Positions 11,999 through 20,350 of a stretch of DNA of 64,000 bases are shown piece after piece (the first letter of the stretch is position 1; every line of letters begins with the position of its first letter). The notes below the pieces were generated by a model, which worked only from the letters and a program-made list of their open reading frames with translations, was not told the DNA's origin and ran no database searches. The DNA comes from Verrucomicrobiales bacterium. Its GTDB lineage: Bacteria; Verrucomicrobiota; Verrucomicrobiia; Limisphaerales; JAYPEY01. Made by a program: the position numbers and the translations under genes. The stretch lies in contig JAYPFK010000011.1 in NCBI GenBank assembly GCA_038126235.1, positions 81,863-145,862 on the forward strand, written 5' to 3'.

Positions 11999-13444
11999 AT
12001 GAAAACAGACCCGATCGATCAGTGGATTGAACTGGAGACACGGCGGCAGTTCTTCGGCCGCTCAGCCAAGGGGCTCGGCGCGGTCGCGCTGGCCTCGCTG
12101 CTGAACCGCGACGCCTCCGCGGCTCCGGCCGAAGGCGGCGTCCTGAACGGCGGCCATTTTCCCGCCAAGGCCAAACGCGTCATCTGGCTCTTCATGGCCG
12201 GCGCGCCCTCGCAACTCGATCTCTGGGACCACAAGCCCAAGATGCAGGACTGGTTCGACAAGAACCTGCCCGAGTCCGTGCGCGGCGGCCAACGGCTGAC
12301 CACCATGACGGCGAACCAGTCGCGCTTCCCGATCGCGCCGTCGATGTTCAAGTTCACGCAGCACGGCCAATGCGGACGCTTCGCCAGCGAACTTCTGCCC
12401 AAACAGGGCTCCATGGCCGACGACATTGCGGTGATCAACACGATGTGGACCGAGGCGATCAACCACGACCCGGCCATCACCTACATCCAGACCGGCAACC
12501 AAATCCCCGGCAAGCCCACCCTCGGAGCATGGCTCAGCTACGGCCTGGGCAGCATGAACCGCAACCTCCCGGATTACGTCGTGCTCAACTGCGCGCCGCG
12601 CGGACAGGCTCTCTACTCGCGCCTCTGGGGCAGCGGCTTCCTGCCGTCGAAGCACGCCGGCGTCGCCTTCCGCGCGCAGGGCGATCCCGTGCTCTATCTC
12701 TCCAATCCCGGCGGCGTGGACCGCGACGCCCGCCGCCTCATGCTCGACACCCTCCAGGGCATGAACCGCCGCATCCACGACGAACTTGGCGATCCCGAGA
12801 CCCAGGCCCGCATCGCCCAATATGAGATGGCCTTCCGCATGCAGGCCTCCGTGCCCGATCTGATGGACATCTCCCGGGAGCCGAAGCACATCCGTGAGAT
12901 GTACGGCAAGGACGCCGAGAAGCCCGGGACGTTCGGCTACAACTGCCTCCTCGCCCGCCGCATGGCCGAGAAGGACGTCCGCTTCATCCAGATCTTCCAC
13001 CGCGGCTGGGACCACCACAGCGGTCTCCCCTCCAACATCCGCCGCCAGACCGGCGAGGTCGATCAACCCGCCTGGGCCCTGGTGCAGGATCTCAAGCAGC
13101 GCGGACTCCTCGACGACACCCTGATCGTCTGGGGCGGCGAGTTTGGCCGCACCATCTACAGCCAGGGCACGCTCACAAAGACCAACTACGGCCGCGACCA
13201 CCATCCCCGCTGCTACTCCGCCTGGCTTGCCGGCGGCGGAATCAAGGGCGGCTCCCAGCACGGCGAGACCGACGACTTCGGCTACAACATCGTCAAGGAC
13301 CCCGTCCACATCCGCGACCTTAACGCCACCATCCTCCACCAATGCGGCATCCAGCACGACCGCTTCACCGTCAAGCACATGGGCCTCGACCAACGCCTCA
13401 CCGGCGTGCTGGAGACCCGGATCGTGAAGGAGATTCTGGGCTGA
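11999..13444 (+). CDS. DUF1501 family protein (TAT signal, sulfatase/alkaline-phosphatase superfamily)
   Basis: Twin-arginine signal [23 protein letters not shown]. Motifs [15 protein letters not shown] and GGEFGRT...GRDHHP. Ends with LTGV...I.KEILG as in the two paralogs at 35415 and 40618. Confidence 0.9.
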   Translation: MKTDPIDQWIELETRRQFFGRSAKGLGAVALASLLNRDASAAPAEGGVLNGGHFPAKAKRVIWLFMAGAPSQLDLWDHKPKMQDWFDKNLPESVRGGQRLTTMTANQSRFPIAPSMFKFTQHGQCGRFASELLPKQGSMADDIAVINTMWTEAINHDPAITYIQTGNQIPGKPTLGAWLSYGLGSMNRNLPDYVVLNCAPRGQALYSRLWGSGFLPSKHAGVAFRAQGDPVLYLSNPGGVDRDARRLMLDTLQGMNRRIHDELGDPETQARIAQYEMAFRMQASVPDLMDISREPKHIREMYGKDAEKPGTFGYNCLLARRMAEKDVRFIQIFHRGWDHHSGLPSNIRRQTGEVDQPAWALVQDLKQRGLLDDTLIVWGGEFGRTIYSQGTLTKTNYGRDHHPRCYSAWLAGGGIKGGSQHGETDDFGYNIVKDPVHIRDLNATILHQCGIQHDRFTVKHMGLDQRLTGVLETRIVKEILG

Positions 13445-13446
13445 GA

Positions 13447-13658
13447 GAACAACCACAGAAGACAAGGAATACACAGAAAGAAACTGCCATTCTTGCTTCC
13501 GCTCGCTTCGGCCTGCGCGGTTGCTTCGCCGCGACCAGCCGTGTATTCCGTGACTCTCCAAACAGCCTTTCGAGCTTATGAAACGCCTCTCCCTTCTGTG
13601 TTCTCTGCGAAGTCGCGCCGTAGCCTTGTGCGTAGGCGGATGTCTTCTGTGGTTGTTC
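13447..13658. repeat. Nested inverted repeats spanning the sulfatase start codon
   Basis: Outer perfect 17-nt pair GAACAACCACAGAAGAC (13447-13463) / GTCTTCTGTGGTTGTTC (13642-13658). Inner 9-nt pair GGAATACAC (13466-13474) / GTGTATTCC (13541-13549). The ATG at 13578 lies inside. Confidence 0.7.
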
Positions 13659-15023
13659 CAGTCTTCAGCGGCGGCGAAGCCGCCGAACATCGTCTTTATC
13701 CTCGCTGACGACCTGGGCTACGGAGACCTGGGTTGCTACGGGCATCCCTACGCGCGCACGCCGAACCTGGACCGACTCGCCTCCGAAGGGACGCGCTTCA
13801 CGCAGTTCCGCGTCACCGGCGTCACCTGCTGCCCCAGCCGCACGGGGTTCATGACCAGCCGTCATCCGGCGAGCTTCCCTAAATACATGTCGGACTTCGG
13901 TTTCGGCGGCCGCGTCACGGTCACGGAACTGTTGAACCAGGCCGGCTACCGCACCGGCCATTTCGGCAAGTGGCATATCGGGCCGGACGAACCAAACGGG
14001 ACCTATGGCATCGACGAGGTCGGCGTGAAGGGGAGCAACAAGGCCGATCCGGGCGGGCGCGACGCGGGCCTGTTCCGCGACGCGATCCGGTTCATCGAGC
14101 GCAACCGGGACAAGCCGTTCTACGTGAACGTCTGGGGGCACATCACGCACTTCCCCGTCGGGCCGGAGCAGTCGCTGGTGGATGAGTTCAAGGACCTGGA
14201 GTTCAACCGCGCGGATTTCGGCGGGCACATGCAGGAAAAGTTCGAGGACGCCCTGGAGCTGCAGGGCGATCTCGCCGACGGCATGCGCAACTACCTCGGC
14301 GATGTCTGGTCGCTGGACCTGCAGGTCGGCGCGCTGCTGACGCGGCTCGATCAGCTTGGCCTGCGGGACAACACGATCGTGGTGTTTTCCAGCGACCAGG
14401 GGCCGGCGCCCGTGAAACTGGCCGGGGGGAAATCCGAACAACCTGAGCGGCGGCCCTTCTCCGTCAACATGCTGGGCTACGCCGGCGGCTTTCGCGGCGG
14501 CAAACACACACAGTTTGAAGGCGGCGTGCGCTCGCCCTTCATCATCCGCTGGCCGGGCAACGTCCCCGCCGGCAAGGTGAATGAAACCTCCGTCACCTCC
14601 GGCCTCGACTGGCTGCCCACGCTTTGCGCCATCGCTGGCGTCAAGATCGACGCCGCCGGGCAGGGCTTCGAAGGGCAGGACGTGTCGGACATCTGGCGCG
14701 GCTCGGATCGCTCACCCGAACGACCGCTGTTCTGGAAGGTCAGTTCCGCCGGCGCCAAGGTCTCCGCGCTGGATGGCAGATGGAAGTTCCACGAAGGCGC
14801 CCGCGGAAGCGCCCAACCGCTGCTCTACGATCTTTCAACCGACCCCAAGGAACGGACCAACCTGGCGGGCGATCATCCCGACATCGTGAAGCGAATGGAG
14901 ACGCTGATCGCAGCCTGGTCCGCCACCTTGCCCGAAGATTACGAGAAAGCGGCCGCAGGCAAGGGCAAACAAAAGGCGAAAGCGAGGCGGAAGGCCAAGG
15001 GCAAAAGGAAATCAAAGAAATGA
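13578..15023 (+). CDS. Cys-type sulfatase (arylsulfatase A-like) with Lys-rich C-terminal tail
   Basis: Signal peptide. Motifs PPNIVFILADDLGYGDLGCYG, the formylglycine motif CCPSRTGFMTS and GKWHIG. The last 24 aa are AAAGKGKQKAKARRKAKGKRKSKK. Confidence 0.9.
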   Translation: MKRLSLLCSLRSRAVALCVGGCLLWLFQSSAAAKPPNIVFILADDLGYGDLGCYGHPYARTPNLDRLASEGTRFTQFRVTGVTCCPSRTGFMTSRHPASFPKYMSDFGFGGRVTVTELLNQAGYRTGHFGKWHIGPDEPNGTYGIDEVGVKGSNKADPGGRDAGLFRDAIRFIERNRDKPFYVNVWGHITHFPVGPEQSLVDEFKDLEFNRADFGGHMQEKFEDALELQGDLADGMRNYLGDVWSLDLQVGALLTRLDQLGLRDNTIVVFSSDQGPAPVKLAGGKSEQPERRPFSVNMLGYAGGFRGGKHTQFEGGVRSPFIIRWPGNVPAGKVNETSVTSGLDWLPTLCAIAGVKIDAAGQGFEGQDVSDIWRGSDRSPERPLFWKVSSAGAKVSALDGRWKFHEGARGSAQPLLYDLSTDPKERTNLAGDHPDIVKRMETLIAAWSATLPEDYEKAAAGKGKQKAKARRKAKGKRKSKK

Positions 15024-15044
15024 GCGACATCATCCGAGTTCCGC

Positions 15045-15260
15045 AGTCCCGGAGGGACGACAAGAAGGTAGCCGGTGGTGAAGGCCGCCAAGCGGCTGAA
15101 ACCACCGGTCGTACCGCCAAACACGGACCGCGCCCTGAAGGGGCGCCAGAACATCGCGCCCACATTGGAATTCTGCCGCCCCTGCCGGGGCTGATGCGCA
15201 ACAAGGCAGCAAGCCGGCGGTTTCACCGCCGGCTACCTTCTTGTCGTCCCCTCCGGGACT
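15045..15260. repeat. 216-bp inverted-repeat (MITE-like) element, family 2
   Basis: Left arm 15045-15082 AGTCCCGGAGGGACGACAAGAAGGTAGCCGGTGGTGAA. The right arm 15222-15260 has reverse complement AGTCCCGGAGGGGACGACAAGAAGGTAGCCGGCGGTGAA, which differs by one indel and one mismatch. Inner hairpin GCGCCC-TGAAG-GGGCGC. Confidence 0.85.
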
Positions 15261-17554
15261 CGCACGCCCCAGAACCCCGCTTAGGTCAGGCGCTTTCACT
15301 ACCCCCTCGCCTCATCTCCTCTCTCCTTCTGTGTCTTCTGTGTTTTCTGTGGTTGTTCCATTCGGCGGCGGCTGCGCCGCCGCGACCCAATGTGGTGTTC
15401 ATCTTCGTGGACGACCAGGGTTACTACGATCTGGGGTGTTACGGGGCCACGGAGGTGAAGACGCCGCGGATCGACGCGATGGCCGCCGAGGGCACCCGCT
15501 TCACGGACTACTACGCGGCGGCGCCAATCTGCAGCCCCTCCCGGGCCGGGTTGATGACGGGCTGCTACCCGCGCCGCGTCGGCAACCACATCTGGGTGCA
15601 TCGCGCCGATTCGAACACCGGCATCCACCCGGACGAACTGACCCTCGCCGAGCTCTTCCAAGAGAACGGCTACGCCACCGCCTGCGTGGGCAAGTGGCAC
15701 TTGGGCTTTCATGAGCCCTTCCTCCCGCACAACCAGGGCTTCGACCATTACTTCGGCCTCCTGCACAACCTCGATCCCGTGGAGGTCGTCTACTTTGAGA
15801 AGGAAGGCGGCGTGCCGTTGATCCGCAACGGCGAGGTCGTCAAACGCCCGGCCGATCCGTCGGAGCTCACCAGGCTCTACACCGACGAGGCCATCGGCTT
15901 CATGGAGAAGAACAAGGACCGCCCCTTCTTCCTCTACCTGCCGCACACCATGCTCCACAACCCGCTCGGCGTGGGCGAGGAGTTCAAGGGCAGTTCCGAC
16001 TGGGGCGAGTACGGCGACGCCATCCAGGAAATGGACCACCACGTCGGCCGCGTCTTCGATGCCCTCAAGCGCCTCGGCATCGCGGACAACACGGTCGTGG
16101 TCTACGCCTCGGACAACGGGCGCGGCCCCGGTCGGGCGCCCGACCAGAAACTGCGCGGCCGCAAGCTCTCGACCTACGAGGCCGGCATCCGCGTCCCCGC
16201 GATCGCCTGGGGACCGGGACTGGGCCTGCAGGCGGGCGAAACCTCCAGCGCAGTCGTCCGGGCGATGGACTGGTATCCCACGCTGGCGACGCTGGCGGGA
16301 ATCGAAGTCCCCGCCGGGCCGGTGATCGACGGTCGCGACCTCGCGCCCCTGCTGAAGGGTGAGTCAAAGTTCGTGCCGCCGCCCGCGTTGAAGAAGTCCC
16401 TGAACGCCAGCCTTCCGCTGCGCCGGACCTGGAACCCGCCCGGCGAATGGGCGTCCATGATCCAGCGCAACGAATACAACGACGCCTTCTTCTACCACGG
16501 CTCCCAGGGAGCGCTCGCCGCCGTGCGCTGGCGCAACTGGAAGCTCTACCTCAATCCCAGCCTCGCACTCTACGACCTGGCAAAGGACCCCGGCGAATCA
16601 AAGCTCGTCCGGAACGGCGAGATCCTCCGCAAGCTCCGCGGCATGGCGATCCTCTTCCAGCACGAGATGCGCGCCGACGCCCGTCCCGCCGGCGAGGTCG
16701 CGGCGGGCGGAGCCAACGGCCGCACGGCCATTCCCCGCGCGGTTCGCGAGCAGTTGAACAGCCGCATGGACGTGACCTACGCCCGCTACGGCGCCCGGAC
16801 TTTGGAAATGGACATCCATCGTCCCAAGGGCGAATGGGGCAAACTCCCGGCGATCGTCTGCATCCACGGCGGCGGTTGGTGGAAGGGAAATCGCGAAAGC
16901 CACGCCAACCTCGCGCAAGCGCTGGCCGCGCGAGGTTATGTCGCCGCGACCATCTCCTATCGGCTCAGTGGCGAAGCTCCCTTTCCCGCGGCGATCCACG
17001 ACTGCAAGGCCGCCGTCCGCTACCTGCGGGCCCACGCCGACGAACTGGGCATCGACGCCAAACGCATCGGAGCCATCGGGCTTTCGGCGGGCGGACACCT
17101 GACCGCGCTGCTCGGGACTTCAGCCGGCGTCAAGGAACTCGAAGGCGACGGCGGCAATCCGGATTTCAGTTCCGCCATCCAGGCCGCCGTGCCCATGGGC
17201 GCGCAGACGGATCTCCTTTCCGAACGCACGCGGGAAATCTCGGCGACGGAGGAACGCGGCCAGATCTGGCGGCAGTTCCTCGGTGGGTCACTGGCGGAAA
17301 ATCCCGCAACCTATCGCCGGGCTTCGCCGCTCGTCCACCTCGACAAGAACGACCCACCGATGTTCTTCATCACCGGGGCGAAGGACGATCCCAGCACCCA
17401 CGCCGACGTGTGCCGCGCGCGGATGAAAAAATTGGGCATCCGGGAGGGATTGCTGGCAATCGAAGACGCCCCGCACGCCTTCATCGGACGGCAGCAGTGG
17501 TTCGACCAGGGCATCGAGGCGGCGGATGCCTTCTTCAAGCAGGCGCTGAAGTAG
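15194..17554 (+). CDS. Sulfatase fused to C-terminal alpha/beta-hydrolase (esterase) domain
   Basis: N-terminal part: PNVVFIFVDDQGYYDLGCYG, formylglycine motif CSPSRAGLMTG, GKWHLG. C-terminal ~290 aa: oxyanion HGGGWW, nucleophile elbow GLSAGGH, and the acid and His (AKDD, APHAF). Start is uncertain: ATG 15194 is the only ATG/GTG/TTG in frame between the upstream stop region and the signal peptide (LLLCLLCFLWLFHSAAAA), and it lies inside the family-2 repeat. Confidence 0.8.
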   Translation: MRNKAASRRFHRRLPSCRPLRDSHAPEPRLGQALSLPPRLISSLLLCLLCFLWLFHSAAAAPPRPNVVFIFVDDQGYYDLGCYGATEVKTPRIDAMAAEGTRFTDYYAAAPICSPSRAGLMTGCYPRRVGNHIWVHRADSNTGIHPDELTLAELFQENGYATACVGKWHLGFHEPFLPHNQGFDHYFGLLHNLDPVEVVYFEKEGGVPLIRNGEVVKRPADPSELTRLYTDEAIGFMEKNKDRPFFLYLPHTMLHNPLGVGEEFKGSSDWGEYGDAIQEMDHHVGRVFDALKRLGIADNTVVVYASDNGRGPGRAPDQKLRGRKLSTYEAGIRVPAIAWGPGLGLQAGETSSAVVRAMDWYPTLATLAGIEVPAGPVIDGRDLAPLLKGESKFVPPPALKKSLNASLPLRRTWNPPGEWASMIQRNEYNDAFFYHGSQGALAAVRWRNWKLYLNPSLALYDLAKDPGESKLVRNGEILRKLRGMAILFQHEMRADARPAGEVAAGGANGRTAIPRAVREQLNSRMDVTYARYGARTLEMDIHRPKGEWGKLPAIVCIHGGGWWKGNRESHANLAQALAARGYVAATISYRLSGEAPFPAAIHDCKAAVRYLRAHADELGIDAKRIGAIGLSAGGHLTALLGTSAGVKELEGDGGNPDFSSAIQAAVPMGAQTDLLSERTREISATEERGQIWRQFLGGSLAENPATYRRASPLVHLDKNDPPMFFITGAKDDPSTHADVCRARMKKLGIREGLLAIEDAPHAFIGRQQWFDQGIEAADAFFKQALK

Positions 17555-17577
17555 GTCCGGCCGACGGGAGGCGAGGC

Positions 17578-18816
17578 TCACCTTGCCTTGACGTCGTAGC
17601 AGAGCAGGATGTCGTGGTCGCGGAGGTAGAGCTTCCCGTTGGCGACCACCGGATGCGGCCAGGCGCGGTCATTGCTCCGGTCAGGCTGATTGAAACGGCC
17701 GGCCTCCTTCAGGCCTTCGGGCGTGGCGACGATCAAGGCCACCGGCCCTGCCTCGCTGCGCAGGTAGAAGTTCCCATCCGCGTAGACGGTCGCGCCCTTG
17801 CCGACGCTGCGCTCGTTGAACGCCTGTTCGCCCGAAGCGATCTCCACACAGTTGAAGGTGGCGCCGCTGGAACCGAAGACGTGGTCGCCGAGCCGGATGA
17901 CACCGCCGTGGTGATTGGCCATGTTCTTGTTGGCGTAGAGCTCCTCGGTCGACCAGTTCGAACCCTTCTTTGAGACGCGGAAGGCATTGCAACCCACGCC
18001 ATAGGATGAGGTCACGAAGACGATGTCATCCTTCACCACCGGCGTGCTGACGACGGCGGTCTTGCCGGGACGGTCCGCCTTCCAAAGGACCTTGCCGGAA
18101 TCGGGATCGATGCCGGCGACGCTCTGCCCGGTCAACTGCACATACTGCCGCACGCCGTGAATGGTCTTGATCACGACCGAGGAGTAACCGGCGGCGTCCG
18201 TCCATTCCGAGGTTTGCCAGATCTTCTTTCCGTCCTTGCGGTTCACGGCGACCACGGTTCCCTGCGATCCGCCGGGCGTGCACACCACCTTGTCGCCGTC
18301 CACGAGGGGGGATTCGCTGTATTTCCAGCCGGACATCATCCTGCCGCCGAAGTCGTCCATCAGGTTTCGCTTCCAGATGAGCTTCCCGGTCTTGGCGTCG
18401 AGGCAGGCGAGATCGGAGAACTGGTTGAGCACGAAGACCCGACCGCCATCGATGGTCGGCGTGCTTCGGGTGCCGGGGTATTTTTTGTGGCCGCCGGATT
18501 CGCCGATGCGCGTCTTCCAGAGCGGCCTGGCGTCGGATTCGTGGACGGCGATCACGTGGCTGCCGCCGTCGAGATCGCCCAGGGTGTAGATGGTTCCGCC
18601 GGCAACCGCGACGCTGGAATACCCCACGCCGAAGCCTTCCGCCTTCCAGGAAAGTTTCGGACCGTCGGCGGGCCACTTCTTGAGCAGGCCGGTCTCCTTT
18701 GAACGGCCGTCCCGTTCGGGACCGCGCCACTGCGGCCAGTCGTCGGCGGTCGATGTGAACGCCGAGGAAAGGAGAAGAGTTGCCGTGAGGCCCGAAAGCG
18801 AGGTCTTGATCGTCAT
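17578..18816 (-). CDS. PQQ-like beta-propeller repeat protein (secreted)
   Basis: Signal peptide, then DDWPQWRGPERDG, typical of PQQ-binding-like/BamB-like propellers. Repeated Trp/Gly blade pattern. Confidence 0.8.
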   Translation of the reverse strand: MTIKTSLSGLTATLLLSSAFTSTADDWPQWRGPERDGRSKETGLLKKWPADGPKLSWKAEGFGVGYSSVAVAGGTIYTLGDLDGGSHVIAVHESDARPLWKTRIGESGGHKKYPGTRSTPTIDGGRVFVLNQFSDLACLDAKTGKLIWKRNLMDDFGGRMMSGWKYSESPLVDGDKVVCTPGGSQGTVVAVNRKDGKKIWQTSEWTDAAGYSSVVIKTIHGVRQYVQLTGQSVAGIDPDSGKVLWKADRPGKTAVVSTPVVKDDIVFVTSSYGVGCNAFRVSKKGSNWSTEELYANKNMANHHGGVIRLGDHVFGSSGATFNCVEIASGEQAFNERSVGKGATVYADGNFYLRSEAGPVALIVATPEGLKEAGRFNQPDRSNDRAWPHPVVANGKLYLRDHDILLCYDVKAR

Positions 18817-18906
18817 GGTTGCTGGAATTCGGTGAGATTTGAACGGACGCTGGACTTAACCAGGCCCACGCATTCCAAGCAATCAGAAACCCCGGACCGC
18901 TCATCC

Positions 18907-18952
18907 ATGTCGACATGTAAAAATCGCGTACGTGCTTTTTACATGTCGACAT
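18907..18952. repeat. AT-rich 46-bp palindrome (possible operator or regulatory hairpin), copy 1
   Basis: ATGTCGACATGTAAAAA (18907-18923) and TTTTTACATGTCGACAT (18936-18952) are perfect reverse complements around the loop TCGCGTACGTGC. 34/45 identical to 32474-32518. Lies 91-136 nt upstream of the minus-strand start at 18816. Confidence 0.7.
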
Positions 18953-18995
18953 CAGGTCGGGTTCCGGCTGGATCCGGGAAGGGTTGATTGGCCGC

Positions 18996-20300
18996 TCAGC
19001 GGCGCTCCGCCAACGTCAACGTCGCGCAGTAAGCGCCGTCCACCCGGTCAATGAAGGGGAGGAGTTGGCGGTCGGCATCGGCCCGAAACCGACGGTCTTC
19101 CTTGAGAAAATCGATCACGACGCCGCGGTTTTCCTCAGGCTCGAGGCTGCAGGTGCTGTAGACGATCCGGCCGCCGGGCTTCAGCCAGGCCGCCGCCTGC
19201 TTGAGCAGACCGAGTTGGATCCGCCGGAGGCCGGCGATCTCCTCCGCGCCGGCCCGCCAACGCGCATCCACCCGGCGGCGGATCACCCCGGTGTTGGAAC
19301 ACGGCGCGTCAATCAGGATGCGGTCGAAGATCGGCTCGGGTTTGCGCGCATTCAGGGTCTGATTCAGATTCCAGGTCTCGACGCAGTTCGCGCCCAACCG
19401 GACGGCGTTCTCCTTGACGAGTTCCAGGCGGGCGGCGGCGCTGTCCGTGGCCACGACACGGCCTTCGTTCCCGAGGCATTGCGCGATCAACGTGGCCTTG
19501 CCGCCGGGCGCGGCGCAGAGGTCGAGGACGGTTTCGCCGGGTTGAGGATCGAGGGCCATGACCGCAAGCAGGGTGCTCGGGTCCTGGACGTAAAACAGGC
19601 CCCGCCGGAAACTGTCCAAGGATTCGAGAGGCGGATGCGCGGCCAAGCGATACACCGGCGCGAGATCCCAGGTGAGCGGCGCGGATTCGAACTCGACGCC
19701 CTCGCGTCGCCAAAGCGCCTCCAGTTCGTCGACGGAACCGCGCAGCGTGTTCAGGCGGGCGCAGGTGGGAGGCGGAGCGTTGTTCCATTCGAGCAGGCGC
19801 CCGAGCCGTTCCATCCCCCAGCGCGCGCGCCACCGGTCGCACAATCCGTCCGGGTGGGACCAGCCCGCGGCCGGCTCCTCGACGCGCAGCCGCTTCAACA
19901 AGGCCTCGGTGGCGGTCTTTTCCCGGACGTGGGCGCGGAGGACCGCGTTGAGAAATCCGGCCTGCGGACCGAAGCCCATTTCCTTGCCCAGCTGGACGGT
20001 TTCGTGGACGGCCGCATGATCGGGCACGCGGTCCAGCCAGAGTATCTGGTAAAGCCCGAGGCGCAGCAGGTTCTGCAGCCCCTTCTTCTGCTGGCGTCCG
20101 TCGGTCTTCCGTGCAATCAGCCAGTCCAGCGTCCGCTGCCAGCGCGCCACCCCATAAGCAAGCTCTTGGGCGAGAGCCCGATCGACCGGGGCCAGGCCGC
20201 CCTCAGCCTCCCGGCGGAACAGGTTCTCCGTGTACTCCCGGCCCTCCTCGCGTTTTTGCAGGACGCGAAAGGCAATTGTTCTTGGTTTTTGATTCGGCAC
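18996..20300 (-). CDS. rsmB: 16S rRNA (cytosine967-C5)-methyltransferase
   Basis: NusB-like N-terminal half. Motifs FYVQDPSTLLAV...VLDLCAAPGGKAT, DAPCSNTGVIRR and YSTCSLEPEEN. GTG start at 20300. Confidence 0.9.
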   Translation of the reverse strand: MPNQKPRTIAFRVLQKREEGREYTENLFRREAEGGLAPVDRALAQELAYGVARWQRTLDWLIARKTDGRQQKKGLQNLLRLGLYQILWLDRVPDHAAVHETVQLGKEMGFGPQAGFLNAVLRAHVREKTATEALLKRLRVEEPAAGWSHPDGLCDRWRARWGMERLGRLLEWNNAPPPTCARLNTLRGSVDELEALWRREGVEFESAPLTWDLAPVYRLAAHPPLESLDSFRRGLFYVQDPSTLLAVMALDPQPGETVLDLCAAPGGKATLIAQCLGNEGRVVATDSAAARLELVKENAVRLGANCVETWNLNQTLNARKPEPIFDRILIDAPCSNTGVIRRRVDARWRAGAEEIAGLRRIQLGLLKQAAAWLKPGGRIVYSTCSLEPEENRGVVIDFLKEDRRFRADADRQLLPFIDRVDGAYCATLTLAERR

Positions 20301-20350
20301 GACGTAGAAGTAACGCTTTTTGACGCGCTTGGGCGAGCAAACAGAACGCT

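Noticed and set aside
15020-15193. ATG at 15020 (ATGA overlap with the upstream sulfatase stop) as the start of the sulfatase-esterase gene.
   Set aside because: It would add about 58 more residues translated from the left arm and core of the family-2 repeat (MSDIIRVPQSRRDDKKVAGGEGRQ...) ahead of an already long pre-signal region. It remains possible but is less likely than 15194, and only N-terminal data can settle it.
18854-18882. Sigma-70-like promoter on the minus strand (TTGCTT-N17-TTAAGT), about 38 nt upstream of the PQQ-propeller start.
   Set aside because: The hexamers and spacing are plausible, but a single match in an AT-richer patch is weak evidence and promoter consensus for this lineage is not established. 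I therefore did not report it as a feature.
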